64,000 bases of DNA from Planctomycetota bacterium (GTDB lineage: Bacteria > Planctomycetota > SZUA-567 > H5-PLA8). The stretch covers positions 19,069 through 83,068 of the forward strand of contig JAKLKQ010000025.1 of assembly GCA_023150555.1 (NCBI GenBank). Reading direction: 5' to 3'. The notes beneath the pieces are model-generated. The model worked only from the letters and a program-made list of their open reading frames with translations. It had not been told where the DNA came from and ran no database searches. This document shows, piece after piece, positions 55,648 to 64,000 of this stretch (within the stretch, counting starts at the first letter, position 1; each line of letters starts with the position of its first letter). The translations under genes were made by a program, and so were the position numbers.

Positions 55648-58527
55648 ATGTTCTTCGACCATCTGCCGCGCTTGACAATTGGCCTGCTGCTGTCGGCCGG
55701 ATGCCTAGCCTGGTGCGTGTTGGCGGGAGGCGCGGACCAAGGGCAAGGCGGTGTTGCGGAATTTGCGCAGAAGCCGGTCGTGACGCGAAACGGCGACAAG
55801 GTCAGCGTCACCTTCGAGACGGTCGGTTTCTGTGACGTGGCGGTTGCCGTCGAGGATGCGAGCGGCAGGGTCCTTTGCCACGTGGCCGGCGGTCTCCTGG
55901 GGCCTAACGCGCCGGAACCGCTCCAGAAGAACACGACGAAACAGACCGTGGTTTGGGAAGGGAAAACCGACGCCGGGGTGTACGTGGACGACAAGGAAGC
56001 CTGCAGCCTGCGTGTGTCGCTGGGCCTTGCGCCGCGCTTCGAGCGGTCGCTGTACTGGTCACCGCACAAACGCTGGGGCCGCAACGCGCCGGTTGTGGCT
56101 GCGGCGCCGGAGGGGGTTTACGTCTACGAAGGCGACAACGTAGACAGCGTCAAATTGTACGACCACGACGGCAACTATCTGCGCACGGTGTACCCGTTCC
56201 CGGCTGCAAAAGTCGCAGAGGTCAAGGGCCTTCGCTGGATGCCGGCTGGGCCGGGCGGCACGCGCGTTCCCTTTAAGGAAGGCTTCTACCAGTCGACATT
56301 CCTCGACGCCGGGTTCAACTCCGGATTCGATCCCCAATCCGGCTTTGGCGTCACGCACTATCCGTCGCTTTCCTATAGCTGGGCGGAAGACGCGCCCGAT
56401 TTTGCCGCGGCGGGCGCGATGGCCGTCGTTGGAGAGCGCATGGCGTTGGTCGGTCCGCTCGGCCTGGATCGCCTGGCAACCGATGGAAGTAGCGGCGGTG
56501 CGGACCTTGGCGGGCCACGATTCAAGGTCGAGCCCAACAGCCGGCAGATCGTGCATGCCGATACTGCTCCGGTACCCAGCCCGCGCTCGGCGGCCTTGAG
56601 CCCCGACGGGAAGTGGGTGTATGTCACCGGCTATTCCTGGTCCGACGACAGCAAATTCAGTTCGGCTTTCGGTGGCGGACGCCGCTGGCTGAACGGGGTG
56701 CTGCGCGTAGGGTACGACGGCCGGGAGCCGCCGACGGCCTTCGCCGGCAGCATGAAAGCCGAAGACGCGACCGGCGACGCGCCGGACAAGTTGAATTCGC
56801 CCACGGCCGTCGCCTGCGATGCCCAAGGCAACGTGTACGTGGCCGATTGCGGGAACAATCGCATCCAGGTCTTTTCGCCGGAGGGCAAACTGCTGGAGAG
56901 CATCCCGGCCGAAAGGCCTACCGCTCTGGCCGTGCACCGGAAGAGCTGCGAGATCTACGTTTGCACCTGGCCGATCCGGGTCTGGGCGACGGAGTCCAAG
57001 GCGCCGCCGGCTCTGACGCGCATCGGCCCGCCTGGAAAGCGCGAGAAGATCGCCACGTACCCCTTGCCCCTGGAAATCGGCAGAACCATGGGCGACGTGT
57101 GGGCTTCGGGCCAGCAGTTCCGCGTGGAACTGGATTCGTGGGCCGAACCGCCCGTGGTCTGGGTCGTTACGGGCGCGCCGGTGTTGGCGCATGCGGGGAA
57201 CGAGCCCGAAAACATCCGCTGGACGCGCGGCGCGTTGAAGCTCCTGGCAGTGGAGAAAGACAAGTTGGTGCCGAAGAAGGACTTTTCGGAGGAAGCACAG
57301 AAGAGAATCGCGCGCCAGAACCTGCTGACCAACGCGCGCCAGCTGATGGCGGTCAACCCGAAGAGCGGGAAACTCTACGTCTTGGACGGAAAGTCGATGT
57401 TCAACCAGTTGCTCGAGATCGATCCCGAGACGGGCAAAGAGCGGCTGGTGGACTTGCCGCACGCCACCGACGACTTCTGCTTCGACATGGACGGCTACCT
57501 TTACCTGACAACCGGCTCCCTGGTGACCCGCTTCGATCCCAACAACATGCGGGAGGTACCGTGGGACTACGGCGAGGAGCGCGAGCACGTAGGCGCGGGA
57601 AGCCATGGCGAAAAGAGCGCAAATTCGCTGGCTGCGCTGGTCCTGCCCGGCCGGCGGCCTTCGGTCGACGACAAGTGCCACACCTGCGGTATGGCCATCT
57701 CGCCGAACGGTTTCCTGGCGGCCTACTGCTACAACGCCGAGGTGCCGGGCAGCAAGGCGCCCGATCGCACGGAGAAGACCGTGGTTGAGACCGGGCGCAG
57801 CTATGCGCCCCAGATCTATCCGGGGCGCCAGCGCTGGGGCGAACTTCACGTCTGGAACCGCCATGGGAACGTGCGCTACACCGACGCGATCCCGGGCCTT
57901 GGTTTCACGGACGGCGTGGCGATCGACAAGTTCGACAACCTGTATGTGCTGGCTGGAGCCGCAAGCGTGGCGGACGGAAAGGCGGCGGTGAATTCCAGGA
58001 ACTGCACGCTGATGAAGTTCAAACCCGGTAAGGGGCGGATCGTAACGGGTGGCGACAAGAAGGTGCCCCTGCCGCTTCAGGACAAGGACCGGCCCAAGGC
58101 GGCGCCGCAACTGGCCGGGCCCTTGTGGGTCGAAGGTGCGGAGTGGATGTGCGGCGGGGTGGGGTACAGTGGATGGGAATGGAGTTCGCGCTTTGCGCTC
58201 GACCTGTACGCGCGCTCGTTCGTCCCGGTGCCGGACCGGTTCAGCGTGGCGGTGCTCGACGCCAACGGTAACCGGATCCTGGATTTCGGCCGGTGCGGGA
58301 ATGTGGACGACGGCAAGCCGTTGGTGGCCGATCCTCAGGCCCCCGCGCCGCACGCAATCGGCGGCGACGAACTCGCCCTGATGCACGCCTGTTACGTCGG
58401 CCTGCAAAGCGACAAGCGCGCATTCATCTCCGATGCCGGCAACCGCCGCATTGTGAGCGTGAAGCTGGGGTACCTAAGCGAGGCTCGGGTAGCTCTTTCC
58501 AAGGCTGCAAACGTTGGGGGAAAGTGA
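55648..58527 (+). CDS. secreted NHL-repeat beta-propeller protein
   Basis: RBS aaggag. Signal/TM MFFDHLPRLTIGLLLSAGCLAWCVLAGGA. NHL repeat NSPTAVACDAQGNVYVADCGNNRIQVFSPEGK. C-terminus ISDAGNRRIVSVKL. Confidence 0.65.
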   Translation: MFFDHLPRLTIGLLLSAGCLAWCVLAGGADQGQGGVAEFAQKPVVTRNGDKVSVTFETVGFCDVAVAVEDASGRVLCHVAGGLLGPNAPEPLQKNTTKQTVVWEGKTDAGVYVDDKEACSLRVSLGLAPRFERSLYWSPHKRWGRNAPVVAAAPEGVYVYEGDNVDSVKLYDHDGNYLRTVYPFPAAKVAEVKGLRWMPAGPGGTRVPFKEGFYQSTFLDAGFNSGFDPQSGFGVTHYPSLSYSWAEDAPDFAAAGAMAVVGERMALVGPLGLDRLATDGSSGGADLGGPRFKVEPNSRQIVHADTAPVPSPRSAALSPDGKWVYVTGYSWSDDSKFSSAFGGGRRWLNGVLRVGYDGREPPTAFAGSMKAEDATGDAPDKLNSPTAVACDAQGNVYVADCGNNRIQVFSPEGKLLESIPAERPTALAVHRKSCEIYVCTWPIRVWATESKAPPALTRIGPPGKREKIATYPLPLEIGRTMGDVWASGQQFRVELDSWAEPPVVWVVTGAPVLAHAGNEPENIRWTRGALKLLAVEKDKLVPKKDFSEEAQKRIARQNLLTNARQLMAVNPKSGKLYVLDGKSMFNQLLEIDPETGKERLVDLPHATDDFCFDMDGYLYLTTGSLVTRFDPNNMREVPWDYGEEREHVGAGSHGEKSANSLAALVLPGRRPSVDDKCHTCGMAISPNGFLAAYCYNAEVPGSKAPDRTEKTVVETGRSYAPQIYPGRQRWGELHVWNRHGNVRYTDAIPGLGFTDGVAIDKFDNLYVLAGAASVADGKAAVNSRNCTLMKFKPGKGRIVTGGDKKVPLPLQDKDRPKAAPQLAGPLWVEGAEWMCGGVGYSGWEWSSRFALDLYARSFVPVPDRFSVAVLDANGNRILDFGRCGNVDDGKPLVADPQAPAPHAIGGDELALMHACYVGLQSDKRAFISDAGNRRIVSVKLGYLSEARVALSKAANVGGK

Positions 58528-58604
58528 AATTGACCGGCCTCCCGAACTTTGGTCCAGACATATGGCTAGATTTGGCCCTATGTTGAACCTGGAAAAGGGG
58601 AGCC

Positions 58605-58730
58605 ATGAAGCGAAATCGATTCGGGCCGGATGAGATCAACGCGGCATTGAAGACCTATCTGATGCTTCGTGGCAATCCAGGGGTCGAGGAGCCCTTGTTT
58701 GCGTCCTATCGCGCTTCGATTGTGCAATAA
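58605..58730 (+). pseudogene. possible stub of an IS3-family transposase OrfA (HTH_Tnp_1-like N-terminus); very tentative
   Basis: MKRNRFGPDEINAALKTY... resembles the MKRxRFSxEFKxxVV start of IS3 OrfA proteins. Similarity is lost after about 20 aa. Lies in a 0.9-kb non-coding stretch of lower GC. Confidence 0.2.
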
Positions 58731-59444
58731 GCTTCCGGTACAAGCGCAGCAGCGTGTCAGATTTGACTATGCAGGCAATATCATTAATGTCTTTCGCCCG
58801 AAGGCATCGCCTTCGTCGCGGAGCAGAAGAAGGCTGGCCTGGCGAATTCCGTCTGCCATGTCAGCAGGGAGACAGATGCAGACCGTTTCTACCACGGCTA
58901 TCGATCGGAAATTCCTGGACTGATCGCTGCCGACGACCTCTTCCTACCCGACGTCTTGGCGAAGAAGGAAGCCTCGCCCGCCCTCCCCAAGTACGGGCAC
59001 AGCTGGTTGTGCCGTGCTACTTGGTCACGCGACATTTCACTGTGTGGATCGCCGATCCGGCGGCGAAGGGCATCAAGACTCTTAGGGACGCACGGAAGGG
59101 CCCTGTCGTAGGTCATGGAATCGTCGAGTACGACCTCAGCGGCGCGCAGCCTGAATTGCGCATCGCCGAATATCCCGCGGGATACCAGGGCTTCTTCGGC
59201 TCCTCGCCGCATGTTGACTTACCCTAGCGGCTCGGGCTGTCCCATGCCGCCTCCAATACGCGGCCCAGTTCAGCCTCTGCCGCTCCACGCCTTTAAGTGC
59301 TTGCGCCCAATTGCTTCCCGCGCTCGACGTCGCGCCGATCCCTTCAGCTAGCAGTGTTAGGAAGTGCCTGCCACGGCACAGGTTCCCGGGGTTTTTAAAC
59401 CGTTATGTTGATCGGCGAACTGAAGTACTTCTGGACGAACCTCG

Positions 59445-60563
59445 TTAACCCCGCGCGGCCGTCGAGCGCAATTCGTGGAAATCAACCGGCACCACCTGGC
59501 GCACCGCGGGCATCGCGGGGCAAGCCAGTCGCGAGGCCAGCAAGCGCACGGCACAGCGTCCCGCCAGTTCGTAGTCGACCTTCGCCGAAGAGAGCTCCGG
59601 ATAGCGGGGCTCGCGCACGCCCGGATCGGCACTGGCGATCGATACGTCGCGGGGGCATTGCATGCCCAGGTCATTGAGCGCCCGCCGCGTTGGCTCGAAG
59701 GCTCCGCCGCTGGCTACGACGTAAGCGGTGGGCTTGTGCGCTCGGTGGAAGGCTGGCAGGAGCTTCGGAATATCGGCCACGTTTCGGCGGATGTCGAGCA
59801 GCCATTGCGTGTGTGCTTCGCCGGCATGCATCGAAAGGGCCTGCCGGTATCCCTGCAGTCGGGCTTGCCAGGCGGGATCCGCGTTGGAGCGCTGCGGGCC
59901 TTCTCCGAGAAAAGCGATGCGGCGATGCCCCTGCCGCAGCAGGTGCTCCGTAGCCAGGAATCCTGCTTCCTGGTGGTCGATCCACAGCACGTCGAAGGTG
60001 TGGTTGCGCGGCGCGAAATCGACGACGGTCAAAGGAAGCCCCGCGCGTACTAGGCCGTTCAGGGTGTCGGCGTGGTGCGCTTCCAGCGCAATCAGGCCCT
60101 GCACGTTGCGTTTCAGGCGCTCGGGCTCGAGGTGCGGAATGTCCGCGGGAGTCGAGGAATAGCCAGGCGGGTTGAGCAGTAGGTTCACTTCCGTTGGCGC
60201 ATGCAGTGCCGCGCGCAGCCCGGTCATGAACCATGCGGCATAGTCCGATTGCAGGAAGGTGTCCTGCGCATAGGTGCATAACAGGCCCACGGAGCGCACA
60301 CGCGGCAAGACAGTCATCACCGCGCCGGGCAACTCGTCTGCGACGAATGTGCCCACGCGGCGCTTGCGAAAGACAAGGCCCTCGCGGGACAGGTCCTTCA
60401 ATGCGGCGCGGACGACGTGGGTCGTGGCGGAGAACTCGCGCCGCAGTTCGTTGTCGACCAATCGCGCGCCTTCGCGCAACTCGCCGCGGAAAATGCGCGC
60501 GCGAAGCGCGTCCTTCAGGCGGCGAACGTCTTGAGGAAAGTCGCGCATTGGTAAATCCGTCAA
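59445..60563 (-). CDS. AraR-like transcriptional regulator (GntR-type HTH fused to a LacI/PBP1-type sugar-binding domain)
   Basis: N-terminus LRARIFRGELREGARLVDNELRREFSATTHVVRAALKDLSREGLVFRKRRVGTFV is a GntR HTH. The C-terminal 280 aa has periplasmic-binding-protein type I topology (VGLLCTY...TAYVVASGGAF). Confidence 0.65.
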   Translation of the reverse strand: MTDLPMRDFPQDVRRLKDALRARIFRGELREGARLVDNELRREFSATTHVVRAALKDLSREGLVFRKRRVGTFVADELPGAVMTVLPRVRSVGLLCTYAQDTFLQSDYAAWFMTGLRAALHAPTEVNLLLNPPGYSSTPADIPHLEPERLKRNVQGLIALEAHHADTLNGLVRAGLPLTVVDFAPRNHTFDVLWIDHQEAGFLATEHLLRQGHRRIAFLGEGPQRSNADPAWQARLQGYRQALSMHAGEAHTQWLLDIRRNVADIPKLLPAFHRAHKPTAYVVASGGAFEPTRRALNDLGMQCPRDVSIASADPGVREPRYPELSSAKVDYELAGRCAVRLLASRLACPAMPAVRQVVPVDFHELRSTAARG

Positions 60564-60773
60564 AACTCGTCAATCTCGATGAGCACTTGCCGTTCAGTAC
60601 TGTAGTGTAAATATATATATTGCAATAGGATATATGTACAATATTTCTGAGTTCAGATATGGATTGCTTTTTAAATATATATACGTCAGTGTATTGAGAA
60701 TAGGCGAAGGGCAGGGTAACGGGGTCCTCTCTGGGAGTTAAGCTCGATCTCACGGTCAGAAAGGCGGCTGGGC
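60564..60773. promoter_or_regulatory. strongly AT-rich divergent promoter/operator region between the AraR-like regulator and the GH20 gene, with two (AT)5 tracts
   Basis: taaatatatatattgcaataggatatatgtacaatattt and tttaaatatatatacgtcag in a roughly 68 % GC genome. Confidence 0.5.
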
Positions 60774-62267
60774 ATGAAGCCTTCAGAACTGATTCCCAAG
60801 CCGAAAGCGTGGCGCAGCGCTGGGGGACTGTTGCCGCTCACGGGTCGGTTTGAGATCTTGGGGTCGTCCGCTAACGGCGCCGCGTGCGACTACCTGCGCA
60901 GGAGCCTCAAGGACAAGTCCTCCGCTTCGAGCGAACCTGTTCCGCTGGAAATACGGCCGCTGCCCAACGGCGCGCCCGAGGAGTATCGCCTGGGCATTCG
61001 GCCGGACGGCATTGACCTGCAGGGGACGCCGGCTGGCGTCCTTTACGGCGCCGTTACGCTATGCCAGTTGCTGAGGTGCGAGGACGGATCCATCAAGGCC
61101 GAGATCGAGACGGGCGAGATCCACGACGCGCCGTCGCTTCCTTATCGCGGGCTTTTGCTCGACTGCAGCCGCCACTTCCTTCCGGTGGAATACCTCAAGC
61201 ACATCATCGACACCCTTCTTGAACTGAAACTCAACACGCTGCATCTGCACCTGACCGACGACCAGGGCTGGAGGGTGGAGATCGAATCCTATCCGGAGCT
61301 GACGCGGCGCGGGTCCCGGATCGAGGCGGGGCCCGATTGCGAAGGCTTTTACACCAAGCGCGAATTGCGAGACCTGGTGGCTTACGCAAAGGCCCGGGCC
61401 GTGGAGATTCTTCCGGAGATCGAGCTGCCGGGGCACTCATTCGCGGCGGTCACCTGCTATCCCAATCTCTGCTGCACCCGGTGGCCAGTGCGGAACGAAG
61501 GCCGCTTGAAGGACATCTTCTGCGCCGGGCGGGAAGAGACGTACACATTCCTCGAGGCGGTGCTCGAGGAGTTGATTGGCATCTTTCCTTCTTCCTACAT
61601 CCACCTGGGCGGTGACGAAGCTCCCAAGGACCGCTGGAGGGAATGCCCGGACTGCCAGGCGCGGATTCAGGCCGAAGGTCTGGCTGGCGAAGAGGCATTG
61701 CAGAGTTACCTGTTCAAGCGCATGGCCGACTTCCTCAAGGCCCGTGGCCGCCGTGTGATCGGATGGGACGAGGTTCTGGACGGCGTGCCCTCGCATGAGA
61801 TCGTGGTCCAATGGTGGCGGTACGGCAAGATGGGCGACGTGCTCCTAAAGAAGGCTCTTGAGGCCAACCGGACCGTCATCGCCTCGCCCAACATCTTCAG
61901 CTACCTCAGTTTTCCCGTAGACCCCAACGAATCTTTCTCCCTATTGCGCACCAGCGATCTCGAGCAGGTGTACTCGGCGCCTTGGTTGCCCACGGAATGG
62001 CCGGCGGCAAAACGCCGCCTGCTGTTCGGTGCCGAATGCTGCGTCTGGACCGAGGCCCTTACGAGCCGCGAGATCGACCGGATGCTGTTTCCGCGAATCC
62101 TTGCGTGCTCGGAACTGATGTGGGCGCTGCCGACGCATCGGAATTTCGGCGAATTCCACCGCCGCGTTGAGCGGAACCGTCCGCAGTGGAAGGTCCGTGG
62201 CATCGAGTACGGCCCGGCATTTCGAACCGGAGCGGCTAAGGCCGACGTAGGCGCAGCTGGCGCATAG
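60774..62267 (+). CDS. beta-N-acetylhexosaminidase, glycoside hydrolase family 20
   Basis: YRGLLLDCSRHF, HLHLTDDQGWRVE, IHLGGDEAP (catalytic D-E), WWRYG are canonical GH20 motifs. Confidence 0.9.
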   Translation: MKPSELIPKPKAWRSAGGLLPLTGRFEILGSSANGAACDYLRRSLKDKSSASSEPVPLEIRPLPNGAPEEYRLGIRPDGIDLQGTPAGVLYGAVTLCQLLRCEDGSIKAEIETGEIHDAPSLPYRGLLLDCSRHFLPVEYLKHIIDTLLELKLNTLHLHLTDDQGWRVEIESYPELTRRGSRIEAGPDCEGFYTKRELRDLVAYAKARAVEILPEIELPGHSFAAVTCYPNLCCTRWPVRNEGRLKDIFCAGREETYTFLEAVLEELIGIFPSSYIHLGGDEAPKDRWRECPDCQARIQAEGLAGEEALQSYLFKRMADFLKARGRRVIGWDEVLDGVPSHEIVVQWWRYGKMGDVLLKKALEANRTVIASPNIFSYLSFPVDPNESFSLLRTSDLEQVYSAPWLPTEWPAAKRRLLFGAECCVWTEALTSREIDRMLFPRILACSELMWALPTHRNFGEFHRRVERNRPQWKVRGIEYGPAFRTGAAKADVGAAGA

Positions 62268-62318
62268 TGCGCCGGTGCGCGTTCGAAACGGCGCGAACAA
62301 CAAATAGGAGGCGAATTG

Positions 62319-63584
62319 ATGCGTGTTCGACTTCTTGGATTGCTGGCCGTCGTTGCGGTTCTGTTGGCGAGCGGTGCGCTGGCCGGCGAATCGGAGGCCA
62401 AGCCCCCGCTGGCCGGTCTGCCCAGCAAGCCAGGGCCGAAGATCGAGAGTATCACGGCGCTGGGCGACAACCAGTGGCTAGACCTGGGCGTGCCGGCGGC
62501 CGATCCCACGTGGGGCACGGCCTGCGGGCGTTCCTGGGGCTCCAAGGCCCTGGTGTTCGCTCCCGACTTGCGCGGAGCATTCCTGTTCGGCGAGGGGAGG
62601 CACAGCTTCGTCAAGGCGGACGGCCATGCCATGGACGACCTCTGGTTCTACGACATCAACGCCCACCGCTGGATCTGCCTATACCCCGGAACCAACCCCA
62701 AGACCTTCACCCAGCAGATCAAGGACAAGGAGCTAAAGGTCGACGGTCTCGGCCGGCTGGTCGACAAGGACGGCCAGCCCCTGCCGGTGCACAAGCTGAT
62801 CCATGCCTGGGGCAGCGTGGCCTATGACACCGACCAAAAGAAGTTCGCCTTCATCGGGGCCGCCGGGCCTTACATCAGCAAGTACTACCTGCCAGGCGGA
62901 ACGGACATGCTGCCCGGGCTCGACCTGCTCAAGGAGCAGGGCTTGGCCCTGGAGTGGGCGGACGCTGCCAAGAAGAACTGGTCGCCTTGGTACTACGACA
63001 CCACCACCGCTAAGTGGGACCTGCAGCCCGCTACGGGCGGCATTGACCTCCAGGGCGGGCCCGCCTTCATCTACGCCCCGAGCATCAAGAAGTTTCTGCT
63101 GCTGAGCCGCCAGGGCACAGCTACCTACGACCCTGCCAAGCGCGCTTGGAACGTGAAGCCGCCTACGAAGCTGGCGATCGCGTGGGCGCCGTTCTGCCTC
63201 GATTCCAAGCGCAACCGCGTCCATCTCGGGCAAGCCATCTACGACATCGCCTCCGAAACGTGGATAGATCCCAAACCCGCCGGCGAAATACCTTCCATCG
63301 GCGACACCAACAACTCGGCCATGGAATACGACGCGGCCAACGACAAGGTCGTGGTCATCCAGTGGGCGCAACCGGGCAACGCCAAGAAGCAGAACGGGAT
63401 CTATGCCTACGATCCCGAAACCAATGCGTGGACGGGCCCCGCGCCCATCCCGCCCAAAACGGTGGTGGTTCCCACGAACGTCTGCTACGACCCCGAACTG
63501 AACGTGTACCTGTGCTACGTGGCCGGGGACAGCGAGCCCAACGGCCACATGTGGGCCTACCGCTACAAGAAGGGGGCGAAGTAG
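62319..63584 (+). CDS. secreted Kelch/beta-propeller-like protein (hypothetical)
   Basis: RBS taggagg. Signal peptide MRVRLLGLLAVVAVLLASGALAGE. Repeated W/Y-containing blade-like segments. Confidence 0.5.
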   Translation: MRVRLLGLLAVVAVLLASGALAGESEAKPPLAGLPSKPGPKIESITALGDNQWLDLGVPAADPTWGTACGRSWGSKALVFAPDLRGAFLFGEGRHSFVKADGHAMDDLWFYDINAHRWICLYPGTNPKTFTQQIKDKELKVDGLGRLVDKDGQPLPVHKLIHAWGSVAYDTDQKKFAFIGAAGPYISKYYLPGGTDMLPGLDLLKEQGLALEWADAAKKNWSPWYYDTTTAKWDLQPATGGIDLQGGPAFIYAPSIKKFLLLSRQGTATYDPAKRAWNVKPPTKLAIAWAPFCLDSKRNRVHLGQAIYDIASETWIDPKPAGEIPSIGDTNNSAMEYDAANDKVVVIQWAQPGNAKKQNGIYAYDPETNAWTGPAPIPPKTVVVPTNVCYDPELNVYLCYVAGDSEPNGHMWAYRYKKGAK

Positions 63585-63840
63585 GCACGCACGGCATTCG
63601 TAATAAGACTCTGTTGCATAATGCCCGTTGTACTGGCAAGGCGACTTGTGCGCCCTTGAACTCGGCGGAGCGCTCGATGAATGGGCGGCAGGTGCTCCGC
63701 CGCATCTCTCGGGAGGCGCCTCCTGTCTGGTTGGTGGAACTGTATCTCAGGTAGTTGAAGACGATCGGTGTCCGCATCTGCGTAGACTCTCCGGCCCTGC
63801 CAACCATGGATTGTAGTGTCCGCCATTCTGGAGCCCGATC

Positions 63841-64000
63841 ATGAAACGCATTGCTCATTGCCTCGCAATCAGTCTCTCGCCCGTGCTTCTCGCCGGATTC
63901 GCGTTCGCCGCCGGCGCGCCGATATCCGAGCCCTGGCCCAGCCCCATCACCTGGAAGCCCGATCCGCGCGCCGTCGACAGCGGCCTCTACATAAAGCCGC
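63841..64000 (+). CDS. N-terminus of a secreted protein (truncated by the window end)
   Basis: MKRIAHCLAISLSPVLLAGFAFAAGAP signal peptide. ORF continues past position 64000. Confidence 0.4.
   Translation, partial: MKRIAHCLAISLSPVLLAGFAFAAGAPISEPWPSPITWKPDPRAVDSGLYIKP

Noticed and set aside
1-64000. CRISPR arrays, tRNA and rRNA genes
   Set aside because: No regularly spaced direct repeats were seen. No GGTTCGAATCC-type T-loop with matching acceptor stems was found in the intergenic intervals inspected by eye (26120-26450, 29724-30076, 39359-39570, 43501-43648, 51717-52494, 58528-59444, 63585-63840). Small tRNAs hidden elsewhere cannot be fully excluded without tRNAscan.

Overview
This is a high-GC (about 65-70 %) bacterial chromosomal window. 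It is densely coding, with no rRNA, tRNA or CRISPR that I could recognise by eye. The gene content suggests a Planctomycetota- or Myxococcota-like Gram-negative lineage, but that is an inference: a fused 1143-aa SecDF, a Ser/Thr-kinase-FGE fusion, NHL and Kelch beta-propeller secreted proteins, and many secreted glycoside-hydrolase-like proteins. Housekeeping blocks are tgt-yajC-secDF, pyrF, uppS, a zinc alcohol dehydrogenase, an M20 amidohydrolase, and a striking concentration of K+ homeostasis genes (partial trkA at the window edge, a Kef-type antiporter fused to PtsN-like EIIA domains, ktrAB). Accessory content is (i) a 4.4-kb four-domain gene (fatty-acyl reductase, acyl-AMP ligase, ACP, PlsC acyltransferase) plus a HAD-IB hydrolase, resembling the myxobacterial ether-lipid enzyme ElbD; (ii) a co-directional NfeD/YqiJ, flotillin/YqiK, 1843-aa single-AAA+ giant protein and orphan response regulator block, which I regard as the best candidate for an undescribed system; (iii) a glycan-utilisation-like neighbourhood (AraC regulator, GH127, NHL protein, AraR-like regulator, GH20, Kelch-like protein) with an unusually AT-rich promoter; (iv) gene remnants (a C-terminal fragment of an NHL-protein paralog, a possible IS3-like OrfA stub) and several A/T-rich palindromes in intergenic DNA. 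Many long ORFs in the six-frame track are antisense artefacts of the high GC content and were rejected. All functional calls rest on motif recognition by eye, not on database searches.
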